Positions 17,899 through 27,284 of a stretch of 64,000 bases of DNA are shown one piece after another. The stretch comes from a virus: IMG/VR virus record IMGVR_UViG_3300032893_000015, positions 1 through 64,000 of that record. The stretch is one strand, 5' to 3'. The position numbers and the translations under genes are program-made. The notes under the pieces are model-generated. The model was not told the DNA's origin. It ran no database searches and worked only from the letters and a program-made list of their open reading frames with translations. Numbering within the stretch: the stretch's first letter is position 1; each line of letters opens with the position of its first letter.

Positions 17899-17962
17899 CT
17901 GGAACGCTCCCTTTCTGCTTTCCGACCTTTCGTCCACGGTAGCAGCGTGGCCCTCCCCCGTC

Positions 17963-17984
17963 ATTGGAAACCCGGGTTTCCAAT
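17963..17984. repeat. 22-bp palindrome, copy 3
   Basis: exact match; 6 nt after the stop of the ParB-like gene. Confidence 0.97.
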
Positions 17985-17990
17985 CCCCCC

Positions 17991-18425
17991 TCACCCGAGA
18001 TCGACCACCCTCGCGTTGGTGTCCGTCTTGCCCCGGAGGATTCTCGCGGTAACCCGATGGTGCCCATCCCACAAGTAGCTCTTGCCCCCCTGCCGTATGA
18101 CCACCGGATGGTCCGTTGGGGTGTGCGCTTCCGGATGTCGTTTCCCGGGAATCGTCTCCGGGTTCCGTATGTACTCGCGAACGCGCTCGGGTTTGACCGA
18201 GTGCTGTATGGCGTAAAGGTCCTTGATCTGCACCTTTTTCACGGGCGCCTTCGCGATGGCCTTGTTGATCTCCTTGTTGGAGTGCTTGTCCTTGATGGCC
18301 TTGCGGTCTGCGAACGGTAAGGGAACTTTCGCGCCGTGATCGGTTTCGCTCCGGGGCATCTGCTCCAGCAGTCGTTCCGCCGGCTTCTCTCCCTGCCGTT
18401 GTGCGGCCCACGCCCCGAGGCTCAT
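17991..18425 (-). CDS. stand-alone ParB/Srx N-terminal-domain protein
   Basis: DLYAIQ...HPVVIRQGGKSYLWDGHHRVTA. Confidence 0.75.
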   Translation of the reverse strand: MSLGAWAAQRQGEKPAERLLEQMPRSETDHGAKVPLPFADRKAIKDKHSNKEINKAIAKAPVKKVQIKDLYAIQHSVKPERVREYIRNPETIPGKRHPEAHTPTDHPVVIRQGGKSYLWDGHHRVTARILRGKTDTNARVVDLG

Positions 18426-19051
18426 TCCTTCCCCCCGTGGTGTTCCTCCTCGTGCTTGCCGCCGGCTTTTTCGGTGAGCTTCTGCGCGAGCAGCGCCTTG
18501 CCGCCGGTTGCTCTCCAGGCCACCCCGCCCACAGCCCCCACGGCCGCCTTCTGTATCTGCTCACCAACGTCCCCGTGCAGCGCCCCTTCCTCCGCCTGCT
18601 GCAGGCGCTCGCCCTTCTCTTCCAGCTTCTCCTTCGCTTCTTCCAGGTGCTCCCCGAGCCCCTCCAATTTCTTCCCGACCCACGCCCCCAGGCCTTTGCC
18701 CTCCGGTGCTGTTCTGGCGTGGCTTTCGTGCTCGCTGGCTTTGCCTTCGTGCTCCTTCGCGGCAGCATCGTGGCGGTTGGCTTGCGCCGCGTGCTCTCCG
18801 CCCTGGGGGCCTGCGTGTTCGGCTGCGGTCCGGTGGGCAGCGGCTGCCTCTTTGTGGGCGCTGGCCGCCTCCTGGTGAGCCTTGGAGGCGCTTTGGTGCT
18901 CTTCCCCCGTGGTCGCCCCCTCCGACGCGTCCTTGGCCGTTCTGGAGGCGTGCCGGGCCGCTCTACGGGCAGTCGCAGCGTGTTCGGCCCCTCCGGCCGC
19001 CGTGAACTTCCCTCCCGCTCCTCGCGGGTGTGCTACGTCGTCCCAGGCCAT
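18422..19051 (-). CDS. Ala/His/Glu-rich protein with N-terminal WD..HPR..GKF motif
   Basis: MAWDDVAHPRGAGGKF, a motif seen in phage head-associated proteins. Confidence 0.6.
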   Translation of the reverse strand: MAWDDVAHPRGAGGKFTAAGGAEHAATARRAARHASRTAKDASEGATTGEEHQSASKAHQEAASAHKEAAAAHRTAAEHAGPQGGEHAAQANRHDAAAKEHEGKASEHESHARTAPEGKGLGAWVGKKLEGLGEHLEEAKEKLEEKGERLQQAEEGALHGDVGEQIQKAAVGAVGGVAWRATGGKALLAQKLTEKAGGKHEEEHHGGKE

Positions 19052-19076
19052 CTCCCTGGTCGCCAACGTACCACGC

Positions 19077-19604
19077 CTACGGGGCTCGTCTCCCGCGCAC
19101 CGCGTACCACTCCCAAACGTCCGCGCTCGTGGCCCACTGCGCCCAGCCGTCCCCGGTGTTGGGGTGCATGATGGCGCTGCCGTCTGGCAGGTGTCCGAGC
19201 CCCATCGCATGCCCCAGCTCGTGCTCCGCCACTCTCCTGAGCGCATTGCTGCTGGTCATCGTCCCGATGGTATCCCTCGCCAGGTACGTATCTCCGTGCG
19301 CCGTGGTGACGGCTGCGAGCTCCCCGGCTTCGCCCCCGCCTTGCGCCACCCACACCGCCGTTACCTCCTGCTGCGTGGATGCCCACACGCACAGGCGTTC
19401 GTCTTTCGGCGCGGTGCACCCTCCGACTTCGACCGTCAGCTGCAAATCGGGCACCTTGTTCGACCAGTCGAGCGCTGCTCTCTCGATGGCACCTTGCTCG
19501 TCGACGGTGAAGGCCGGGTCGATGTGCAAGGTGTACCGATCCCCCAGCTGCGCGCAGCCGCTGAGGACCAGCAAGAAGATGGCTCCGTGTCTCATCGCGC
19601 TCAT
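19077..19604 (-). CDS. matrixin-like zinc metalloprotease lipoprotein
   Basis: lipobox LSGC; HELGHAMGLGH; Met-turn AIMHP. Confidence 0.85.
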   Translation of the reverse strand: MSAMRHGAIFLLVLSGCAQLGDRYTLHIDPAFTVDEQGAIERAALDWSNKVPDLQLTVEVGGCTAPKDERLCVWASTQQEVTAVWVAQGGGEAGELAAVTTAHGDTYLARDTIGTMTSSNALRRVAEHELGHAMGLGHLPDGSAIMHPNTGDGWAQWATSADVWEWYAVRGRRAP

Positions 19605-19628
19605 GCGATGGGCTCTTGCCGCGATTGC

Positions 19629-20597
19629 CTACTCGTCGATTCCGTCTTCGTTGCGCGCGCGGTTGTACAGGCGGATTGCCTGCTCGAGAGCCGGCTTGCC
19701 CGCCAGCTGCACGAGTCCTTGGTCATCGGTCACCAGGTCCCTGTCCGGATCGAACCCGTGCTCGATAAGCATCTGCCACCGCTCCCTGTACGCCCGCTTC
19801 TTCTTCGACCCGTGGAACGAGTGTTCGATGCGCCCCGGTGCAAAGCCGACATTGCCATGCGTGATGCGCGTGGCCCTCGCCTGCCATTCGTGGCATCGGC
19901 GAAAGAAGCTCGGTCGCATTCCCTTGTGAATTGACGAGTCGACCGATCCCGCCATCGCCCAGGCCATGTGATGGTCCGCGCTGCCGAGGATGGCAAAGTC
20001 CATCAGTCCCCCCGTCTGCTCCCAAAAGGCGCGGGTCGCTGCCCAAGCGAAGCCCGAGTGCCCGTACTGATACGGCTCGGCGGGGTGTGTCTGCTGGCGC
20101 ACTCCCCGCTGATTCAGCAGCCCAAAGCTCGCGAACGTCTGCGTGATGCCTCCCAGGTGCCCGAGGTCCGCACACTGCTGCCACGGCTGGATAACGGGCC
20201 AGTGTTGCAATTGGTGAATGGTCTCAAGTGCCCACCCTGAATCGCGAAACGTCACGTCCGCATCGACCCAGGCAACGTACTTCCAGTCCCGTGGCAAGGT
20301 ATGACGGACGCCGAGGTTGATGAGGTTCTCTTTGCACCACACCTCTGACTTGGTCCGCACGCGCAGGTCCTCCGGTGCGCTCGTCGCCACTTCGTGGTGC
20401 CTGTCGCCGTACGCCGCCTCGACGATGTGCAGCGAAACGTGCGGTGTCTCCCGCATCGCCTCCATCCACTCCCTCGCCAGTCTGTAGCGCGAGTGGTAGC
20501 GAACCGGATTGCTGACGACACCCACAACGTGCAGCGTCGAGTCGGTCCGTAGCTCCGGATGGTGTACGTGCTGCGTGATGTGCGGGGTTCGATCCAT
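19629..20597 (-). CDS. GT-A-like glycosyltransferase
   Basis: WCKENLINLG and YVAWVDAD (DxD motif), GGLMD..ILGSAD, HSFHG. Confidence 0.7.
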   Translation of the reverse strand: MDRTPHITQHVHHPELRTDSTLHVVGVVSNPVRYHSRYRLAREWMEAMRETPHVSLHIVEAAYGDRHHEVATSAPEDLRVRTKSEVWCKENLINLGVRHTLPRDWKYVAWVDADVTFRDSGWALETIHQLQHWPVIQPWQQCADLGHLGGITQTFASFGLLNQRGVRQQTHPAEPYQYGHSGFAWAATRAFWEQTGGLMDFAILGSADHHMAWAMAGSVDSSIHKGMRPSFFRRCHEWQARATRITHGNVGFAPGRIEHSFHGSKKKRAYRERWQMLIEHGFDPDRDLVTDDQGLVQLAGKPALEQAIRLYNRARNEDGIDE

Positions 20598-20656
20598 GGG
20601 GTGCGCCTCCGCGCCGGAGGATAGAGCACCGCACGTTTCCCGCCGCGACTTCGCTG

Positions 20657-21115
20657 CTACTTCTTTCCGGCTTCGGGATGCCTGGGCAACCGATCGATGA
20701 GCTCCCGATGCTTGGGCGGGTGCCAAAGCCCATCTTGGTCGAACTTCCCGACGTTGTCCGTGTACGAGAACGGTGGCTTCAGCGCCGCTCCGCCTCCGCC
20801 TCCGCCTTGCGCCGTGACAGCCGCCTGCTGGAACACCGGCCTTGGATTCCCCGTGGGTGGGCTTGTCGGTGCGACGGGCGACCCGTCCGGCATCCTCCCC
20901 ATGTGCACCGGTCCCGGTTTCGACGCCGGGGCCACCGCTCGGCGCTTCACCTCTTCGATGATCTCTGCTCCCGGTCCGGTGGCAACGTGCGCCCTGGGTA
21001 TCTCGGGTCGGGGCTTGGGTTGCGACTTCGGGGCAGCTGCCTGCTTCGCGTGGAAGCACTTCAAGCACGCCTGCGCGTTCAACCCGTGTGGACACCTGCC
21101 GTAACTCTGAATCAT
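20657..21115 (-). CDS. hypothetical protein with N-terminal CPH..CLKC motif
   Basis: ORF on the coding strand. Confidence 0.55.
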   Translation of the reverse strand: MIQSYGRCPHGLNAQACLKCFHAKQAAAPKSQPKPRPEIPRAHVATGPGAEIIEEVKRRAVAPASKPGPVHMGRMPDGSPVAPTSPPTGNPRPVFQQAAVTAQGGGGGGAALKPPFSYTDNVGKFDQDGLWHPPKHRELIDRLPRHPEAGKK

Positions 21116-21252
21116 GGTGCTACCTCATGCCGGCTTGGTCGGCTTCTCGGAGAGTCTCTTGGCCTTCTGTATGACCGCCTGCTGCACGCGTCTGAGGCTA
21201 TTGGTCGACGCCTTGATGCGCAGGTCGTACGTCCCCGTGTTCTCCTCTTCGC

Positions 21253-21663
21253 TCAGCGTCTCGGAGGGTCCATTCTCTGCCCCATCACCCCCTCCATCCG
21301 GCCGAGTGCCCTCTCCCACCTGCGCCATGTCTCTTCCTCCTGCCGGACGTAGTTGTTCCAGTCTTGCATCATTTCGTGTCGTTTTTGGCGTTCTTGCTCC
21401 AGCTCCTGGCGCAACAGCTGGAGTTCCTTGTCATTCTTCTCCGCCGCCGCTTGCCTTTGCCTGTCCCGCTGCTCGTACTCTGCCGCGAGCTCCTTGCGCA
21501 CGCGCTCGACGTCCTTGCCCGTGAGTGGCGTCTCTTCGGGCACGGTCAGCGCCTTGCGCGCCTTCACCCACAGCCGTCCCAGGTGCACGAGCGCGGCTCC
21601 GCCGCCGCCGGCCCCCAGCCACGTAATCCCCTCGTGGAACACTGCATACGGATCGGTTGCCAC
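21253..21663 (-). CDS. membrane-anchored coiled-coil protein (possible lysis accessory)
   Basis: N-terminal hydrophobic Gly-rich segment then charged coiled coil. Confidence 0.5.
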   Translation of the reverse strand: MATDPYAVFHEGITWLGAGGGGAALVHLGRLWVKARKALTVPEETPLTGKDVERVRKELAAEYEQRDRQRQAAAEKNDKELQLLRQELEQERQKRHEMMQDWNNYVRQEEETWRRWERALGRMEGVMGQRMDPPRR

Positions 21664-21736
21664 CGGTCCTTTCTACCACGCGATCGGTGCGCCTGCGTTC
21701 GGTCTCACCCGGGCACGTACATGACCGCGAACCCCC

Positions 21737-22051
21737 TCATGTGACCCTGACGTTCCCGATGCTCCCGATGGTGAGCTTCGCCCTCTGCGCTCCCGTGTGT
21801 ATCGCCTCCTCGAGTCGCTTCCCCAGCACCCCCAGGTACACCGACTCCTCCAGCGTCCCCGCCTTTATTTGCGGCGACAGGTGTACGCTCACCTCGATGC
21901 TTCGGGCCGTGACTTTGATGCCCGTCATCAGCACCCCCCTCGGATCTTGCGCCGCATACGCGACCAGCTCCCGCACGACTTCCGCCGCCACATCCGGGTC
22001 CGCCGCGATGGGGTGCGAACTCTCGAAGCGGATGGTGCGTTCCTCTGTCAC
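21737..22051 (-). CDS. hypothetical protein
   Basis: GTGA overlap with the upstream gene 22048..22239. Confidence 0.55.
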   Translation of the reverse strand: MTEERTIRFESSHPIAADPDVAAEVVRELVAYAAQDPRGVLMTGIKVTARSIEVSVHLSPQIKAGTLEESVYLGVLGKRLEEAIHTGAQRAKLTIGSIGNVRVT

Positions 22052-22509
22052 GGTCGCTTCCCTCGTAGCCTTCGCACCGTCTCTCTCAGGCAGTTCAGCT
22101 CCACGTTGATGCCCTTGTGCAACTGCCCGCACCCGACACACCCCTCCACCTTCACTCGGGGCTTCTCGTTGTCGGGCTTGGGTGTTGCGCCGAACTCCTT
22201 GACGAACTCCACCGCCGTCAGTCCCACCGGATTGCTCATCGTCCTTGGTCTCCTTTCGGTTTGTCCTTCAAGCCGACGCCTTGTAGATGCCCCAGGCGAG
22301 CTTCTTCGGCGTGACGCGCACCTCTGGGTACTCGTGCAGGGCTTCCGCCATGAGCATGGCTATGTGCTTGTGGGCTCGTAGCAGCTCCCGCCTCTGCGGA
22401 CTGGCTAGGAGCGCTTCCTGTTCGTCGAAGATCCTGCCTAGCAATGCCTTGGTGGCTGCCTTGGGACTTTTCGCCTTCCGCCTACGCATGGGCCAGCCTT
22501 ATGCCGCCG

Positions 22510-22531
22510 ATTGGAAACCCGGGTTTCCAAT
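22510..22531. repeat. 22-bp palindrome, copy 4
   Basis: exact match; intergenic. Confidence 0.97.
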
Positions 22532-22539
22532 CCCCCGGG

Positions 22540-22980
22540 TCAGGGCCCCCTGCCGAGGGGACGGCGTGCGTTGTCCTTGCACCGCTGGTCCCACTCGTTG
22601 AACTTGTCCTGCGCGTTCTGCAGGAGCAGCCCGATGGCCAGCTGCAGTTGCCCGCTGTCGCACACGAGGCTCTCCGCGTATGGATCCGCTCTCGTGGGTC
22701 CGAAGTGCCTCTCTAGCCCCGCCAGCACGTCGTACCCGACAACAGGCGTTCCCACGCTCTGCACCGCCCCGACGATGGGCACCTGCACCGTTAGGCTTCG
22801 GTAGGTCGCGCTCCAGCTGACGAGTATTCGTGTCGCCGTGACGGGGGCCACTGCCGCCGCCATCGGGTGGTCTACGTGCCAGAGCGTGGTGCTCGCCATG
22901 CTCAACGTGAACTGCCCTCCCACTACCCTCGCGGTCAGCGCCGCCAGCAGCGCCGCATTGCTCTTCGCGTCGTAGCCCAC
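22540..22980 (-). CDS. hypothetical protein
   Basis: ORF on the coding strand. Confidence 0.55.
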   Translation of the reverse strand: MGYDAKSNAALLAALTARVVGGQFTLSMASTTLWHVDHPMAAAVAPVTATRILVSWSATYRSLTVQVPIVGAVQSVGTPVVGYDVLAGLERHFGPTRADPYAESLVCDSGQLQLAIGLLLQNAQDKFNEWDQRCKDNARRPLGRGP

Positions 22981-23129
22981 GGGTCACTTCTTCAGGTCCA
23001 GTTGCGCCCTTGCCGCCTTGCGGCGATTGCGTGCTCGCTTCCAGTAGAGCGCCACCGTCGGCTTCCCGTGCAGGTCCTTGGTGTACTTCTGCGGCTTGTC
23101 CCCGAGCGCCCGCACCGCCTCCTTCGTGT

Positions 23130-23432
23130 TCACTTGTCCCCCTCTTCCTGGATCTCTTCGAACGTCAGCTTGTACCGCTTCCCGTGCTTCACCTGCCCGA
23201 GTGTCAGCTTGCGCAGGTCCATGGGCGGATCCAGGTACAGGTGCATCCCCCCGCGCACGCCCCTGGGGTCCCCTGCCTCCACCTCCATGACCACCACTTC
23301 CCCCGTGGCTTCGGTGATGTCGACGATCTCGCCCTTCTCGTTTTTCGTCTGCAGCTGAGGGGCGGTGTGTTTGTGCACTGCACACGCCACCTTCACCGCC
23401 ATCACGACCTTCGTCTTTTCCGCGTCTGCCAT
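23130..23432 (-). CDS. hypothetical protein
   Basis: directly follows the tail spike, AAGGA RBS. Confidence 0.65.
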   Translation of the reverse strand: MADAEKTKVVMAVKVACAVHKHTAPQLQTKNEKGEIVDITEATGEVVVMEVEAGDPRGVRGGMHLYLDPPMDLRKLTLGQVKHGKRYKLTFEEIQEEGDK

Positions 23433-23442
23433 GTCCTTTTCC

Positions 23443-26400
23443 TTACAGGTTGAGGAGCTGCACCTTGTAGGTCGTCCCGTTGTACGAGAGGTACCCGTAC
23501 CCCGCCGACGCCCCGGCCGTTCCCGCTATTGCCGTCTGATTCGTCAGGGCGAGCGGCTGATTGATCGAAACCGCCGTCCCGGTGAGCCGCATGACGTTGG
23601 CGGTGTTCCCCGAGTCGATCTGCACATAGCCGGAATTGACGCCTCCTCGCAGGAACAGAACGGTGCCGTTCTCTTGGTGCCCAAAGTAGACGTTGTCCGC
23701 GCCATCGATCTGCAGGTGGATCAGGTTCCCGCTATTCGCCGAATTGCGCTGCGCGATCCCGACCGACGACCCTCCACCCATGCGCACGTACCCTGTCGTC
23801 GCAAAGCTCGCCCCGAACCCCAGGTAGTCGCTCGACGCCCCCGACAACCCCAGCGCAAGCCCTCCGCCCGCGAACATCGTGACTGTCTGGTTGTGCCACT
23901 TCGCGGCGACGCCGCCGTTCTCGGTGATCTGATAGTAGTCCCCTGACCCGCTGCCCGGCTGATAGCGATGCTCGATCGACCCCGCGGCCCCCGTCGCGTC
24001 GAAGATGATCGGCGCCGAAAAGCTCCAGTCGATGACTCCCGGTGACCCTGGGAAATACGTGTAGGCGTCGACCTGCACATACGACCCCCCCACGTTGTTG
24101 AAGTTGGCTCGTACGAGGCGTCGCCAGTTGAAGTTGCCCGAGTCGGTCTGGTACTCCCACGCGAACTCCATGAGCTGCGATTGCGAGCTCGCCCAGTGGT
24201 ACCCCTGCCTCAGGTCCCCGGGTGGATACTCATCTGGCGTTCCTACGGTAGCCAGCACGGTATTGGTGCCGACGAACCCCGGCACGAACGAATTGGTGAT
24301 CCCGTCCCACTCCGATGTCACCTGCCGCATCGTCTTGTCGAGGTATCGCAGTCGCAGCAACGGATAGGCACTCGTGTTGAACGACAGCTCTCCCAGCGTC
24401 GCGCCGATGGTCGGGTTGCTCCCGATGGTGCAGTTCGCATCGATGGCGAGTCCGGAGCACTGCACGCCGTACTGCAGAATTGAGCCACCTCCGCGGTCGT
24501 CCGTGATCTTGTTGTCGTCGATGAGGAACCGATACCACACCGTTCCGCTCTCGCCGCCCAGGCCGTTGATGGCTATCCCGTAGACGCCTCCGTTGTTGAT
24601 CTCGTTGTTCGTGATGGTCATGTCCGCGCAGACGTTGCCGGCGTTCGCGGCCATCTGCGTCGCGACGTAGATCCCGGTGGTCCCGAACCCATAGACCTTG
24701 TTGTTCGTGATGCGTAGGCCGCCGCCGGTGTTCGGCGTTGCGCTCCCGAAGTTCCCGAGCAGCGACATCCCGTAGCTGTATCCGCTGGTCGGCGTGCCTC
24801 CGTAGATGACCTGATTCGCGTTGATCTTGACGTCCCAAAAGCCTCCGCCGAAGGCCACGCCGACGCCGTTGCCGAAGCCCAGCTGAATGCCGGCTTCGCC
24901 CTGACCAGCAAGCGTGCCCTGGCGGATGCGTATGGTGTTGTTCTCGATGACGAGCTGTTTGACGGTCTTTCCGAAGATCGAAAAGCCGATGACGCCCTTC
25001 TGGACGTTGCGCATGATGTTGCCGGCGATGACGATTGTGTCCGCGTTCGCGCTGTCGCCGCCGCCCGAGATACCCACCGAGGGCCCATCGATCATGTTCC
25101 CTTGCACGTTCACGATGACGCCGTGGGTTTCGATGGCCGTCGAACCCTGGAAGCCGTTCGCGTCGATATCGTTGTTTTGCACCTGGATCTTCGTCGCGCC
25201 GATGGCAATCCAGCTGCAGTCCGGTACGTTCGCGGCGTCCGTCGCCAGATTGAACAGTCTGCAGTTGCGCACGCGCGCGTTGTTCAACAACTGCGGCGCT
25301 CCGTACGTACCTAGCGCATGTATAAAGCTCCCCGTCTGATTGACGGTCGACACGAACTCGACGGTGACGTTCGTGCCCGCACTGATGAGTGTCGTCGCGG
25401 TAATGGTCCTCGCGTCCCCGCTGCCCAAGCCCCCGAAGTTCGGCGCTCCCCAGGTGTTGCCGAGCGAATTGTGATCCGCCATGAGCTTGCGGATGGTGAC
25501 GTTGTTGTAGGGAATGGATCCCGTCGCCGAGTACGCCCCGAAGATGCACGCGTACCCCGTCGTCGCGACCCCTGCCGAGTGCGCGACGATGTTGCCTTGG
25601 ATGCGTATGGCGCTCGCGTCCCCGTCCCCGAAGATGGTGATGTTGTTCCCCAGCTTGAAGATCTCGTTGTCTGCGGCGCCTGGAGTGAACGAGCTGACCA
25701 GCCAGTTGCCCGACGGAATGTACAGCGACCCTCCCCCTAGCGCATTCAGGTACGCGATGGCCGCTCGTATCGACGGAGCTCCGTCCGAGCCGAGCACGGT
25801 GTACAGGCTGTCCGCATACCACTTGTAGTCGGCCGGGTTCTGGTAGCGCGCCGTCGGGATGCCTCCGAACCACGCCGCGTTGACGGTGTACCCCGTCGCC
25901 GCATCCCGCACGAAGCGCCCGGCCCCCACATGCCCCGTGGGCAGAATGGTGATGGCTCCGTCGTCGGCTGCTGTCGATCCCGATTGCCAGGTGAACGACC
26001 CGCCTCCGCCGTCGTTGGGCGTATTCAGCGCCGACAGGTTGTACGGTCCCGACGCTGCTGCGGCGGCGCGCAAGGCTGCCACGTTCGCGAGCGAACTCCC
26101 CTCGGGCATCTCGTCGACGCGCTTCAGGAACGCATCCACCGCCGGGGCCCAACCCTGCGTGTTGCTCCCCCCGAAGTTCATGTCGGAGGCACTGGCACCG
26201 AACCCGGGAATGAGCCTTCCGCTCGGCTCCGCAATCCCGAACACCCGTACGTCCGTATTGGTGTTGGGGGTGGGGGTGGCATTGTCCGCCACCGTCACCT
26301 GCACCCGGTAACACCCCGTGACGTCCGGCGTGAAGGACCAGGTCGGCGTGGCCCCCGTCTGCTGCACCCCGATGGGTAGTGCGCTGCCCACGGGCACCGC

Positions 26401-26565
26401 CAGCATCGAGAACGTCCAGGTGACTACCCCGGTATTGTTCCCGTTGCCGACGTGCACGGCCACGCCTGTCACTCCCGTGATGGGCGACGGCGGATATCCG
26501 GCCGCCTGTCCCGCGGGTGTTGTCGTGCTGCTTTGGGTGAACTGTACGCTAGCGGTTACGGTCAC
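23443..26565 (-). CDS. tail spike/fibre with pectate-lyase-like parallel beta-helix
   Basis: N-terminal Ig/PKD-like part, DGGGG.F.W head motif, AIRAAIAYLNALGGGSLYIPSG, repeated I.NN.I beta-helix coils. Confidence 0.85.
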   Translation of the reverse strand: MTVTASVQFTQSSTTTPAGQAAGYPPSPITGVTGVAVHVGNGNNTGVVTWTFSMLAVPVGSALPIGVQQTGATPTWSFTPDVTGCYRVQVTVADNATPTPNTNTDVRVFGIAEPSGRLIPGFGASASDMNFGGSNTQGWAPAVDAFLKRVDEMPEGSSLANVAALRAAAAASGPYNLSALNTPNDGGGGSFTWQSGSTAADDGAITILPTGHVGAGRFVRDAATGYTVNAAWFGGIPTARYQNPADYKWYADSLYTVLGSDGAPSIRAAIAYLNALGGGSLYIPSGNWLVSSFTPGAADNEIFKLGNNITIFGDGDASAIRIQGNIVAHSAGVATTGYACIFGAYSATGSIPYNNVTIRKLMADHNSLGNTWGAPNFGGLGSGDARTITATTLISAGTNVTVEFVSTVNQTGSFIHALGTYGAPQLLNNARVRNCRLFNLATDAANVPDCSWIAIGATKIQVQNNDIDANGFQGSTAIETHGVIVNVQGNMIDGPSVGISGGGDSANADTIVIAGNIMRNVQKGVIGFSIFGKTVKQLVIENNTIRIRQGTLAGQGEAGIQLGFGNGVGVAFGGGFWDVKINANQVIYGGTPTSGYSYGMSLLGNFGSATPNTGGGLRITNNKVYGFGTTGIYVATQMAANAGNVCADMTITNNEINNGGVYGIAINGLGGESGTVWYRFLIDDNKITDDRGGGSILQYGVQCSGLAIDANCTIGSNPTIGATLGELSFNTSAYPLLRLRYLDKTMRQVTSEWDGITNSFVPGFVGTNTVLATVGTPDEYPPGDLRQGYHWASSQSQLMEFAWEYQTDSGNFNWRRLVRANFNNVGGSYVQVDAYTYFPGSPGVIDWSFSAPIIFDATGAAGSIEHRYQPGSGSGDYYQITENGGVAAKWHNQTVTMFAGGGLALGLSGASSDYLGFGASFATTGYVRMGGGSSVGIAQRNSANSGNLIHLQIDGADNVYFGHQENGTVLFLRGGVNSGYVQIDSGNTANVMRLTGTAVSINQPLALTNQTAIAGTAGASAGYGYLSYNGTTYKVQLLNL

Positions 26566-26623
26566 TCCGCCAGGCTACCAGCCGCCCGCTACCGTGTCCC
26601 CCCGCCCCTGCCTTGTCACCGCT

Positions 26624-27037
26624 TCACCCTCGCGTACGGGCCCAGTCGAGAAGGCGCACGTGCTCCTCGTACGACAAATGGCTGACCGCCCTCAACACCC
26701 TATCCAGCATCTCCTCTTTCACGCCCAGATGGCGCGCCTTGTCGCGCATCGCCAGCCTCTGGTCTCTCGCGAACCGTCTGGAGCGGGCGATGTGCCGCGC
26801 ATCCGGAATCCACTCCCCCCTGAAGTCGTACCCTGGCAGCTCCCTGTCGTATCGCTCCGTCGCCACCCTGTACTCAATCGCCAGGCGATAGGCAGCCAGC
26901 TCTTCGGGGGTCACCTCTGTCCACTCCCCTACGAACTCCGCCTTGTGCGTCTGGCGGTACTTCTCCGCCGCCTCCAGCCACCAGCGGATACGTTCGGCGT
27001 CGAACGGCGGCCCCTCTCCCTCCTTCTTCTCGTTCAT
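26624..27037 (-). CDS. hypothetical protein
   Basis: ATGA overlap with the upstream gene. Confidence 0.6.
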   Translation of the reverse strand: MNEKKEGEGPPFDAERIRWWLEAAEKYRQTHKAEFVGEWTEVTPEELAAYRLAIEYRVATERYDRELPGYDFRGEWIPDARHIARSRRFARDQRLAMRDKARHLGVKEEMLDRVLRAVSHLSYEEHVRLLDWARTRG

Positions 27038-27237
27038 CGCTTCACCTTCACGAACGCCTCGTCGAAGTTCTTCTTCGCGGTGTCCAGGCGCGCCTTCGCG
27101 GTATGCAAGTCGTTCATGGCCGCCGTTGCGTGCCGGCTCGCCTCCCGCTCGGCATCGTACGCCTTGTGATACTCCTCCGCCGCCGCCAGCATCTCCGCTT
27201 GCGCCTTCTTCAACTCCTCCATCGGACTCGTCATCAT
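27034..27237 (-). CDS. small coiled-coil protein
   Basis: MMTSPMEELKKAQAEML; follows the terminase. Confidence 0.55.
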   Translation of the reverse strand: MMTSPMEELKKAQAEMLAAAEEYHKAYDAEREASRHATAAMNDLHTAKARLDTAKKNFDEAFVKVKR

Positions 27238-27262
27238 CACCCCCCTTTTGCCGCCTGGGGGT

Positions 27263-27284
27263 ATTGGAAACCCGGGTTTCCAAT
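27263..27284. repeat. 22-bp palindrome, copy 5
   Basis: exact match; overlaps the last base of the terminase stop codon. Confidence 0.97.
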
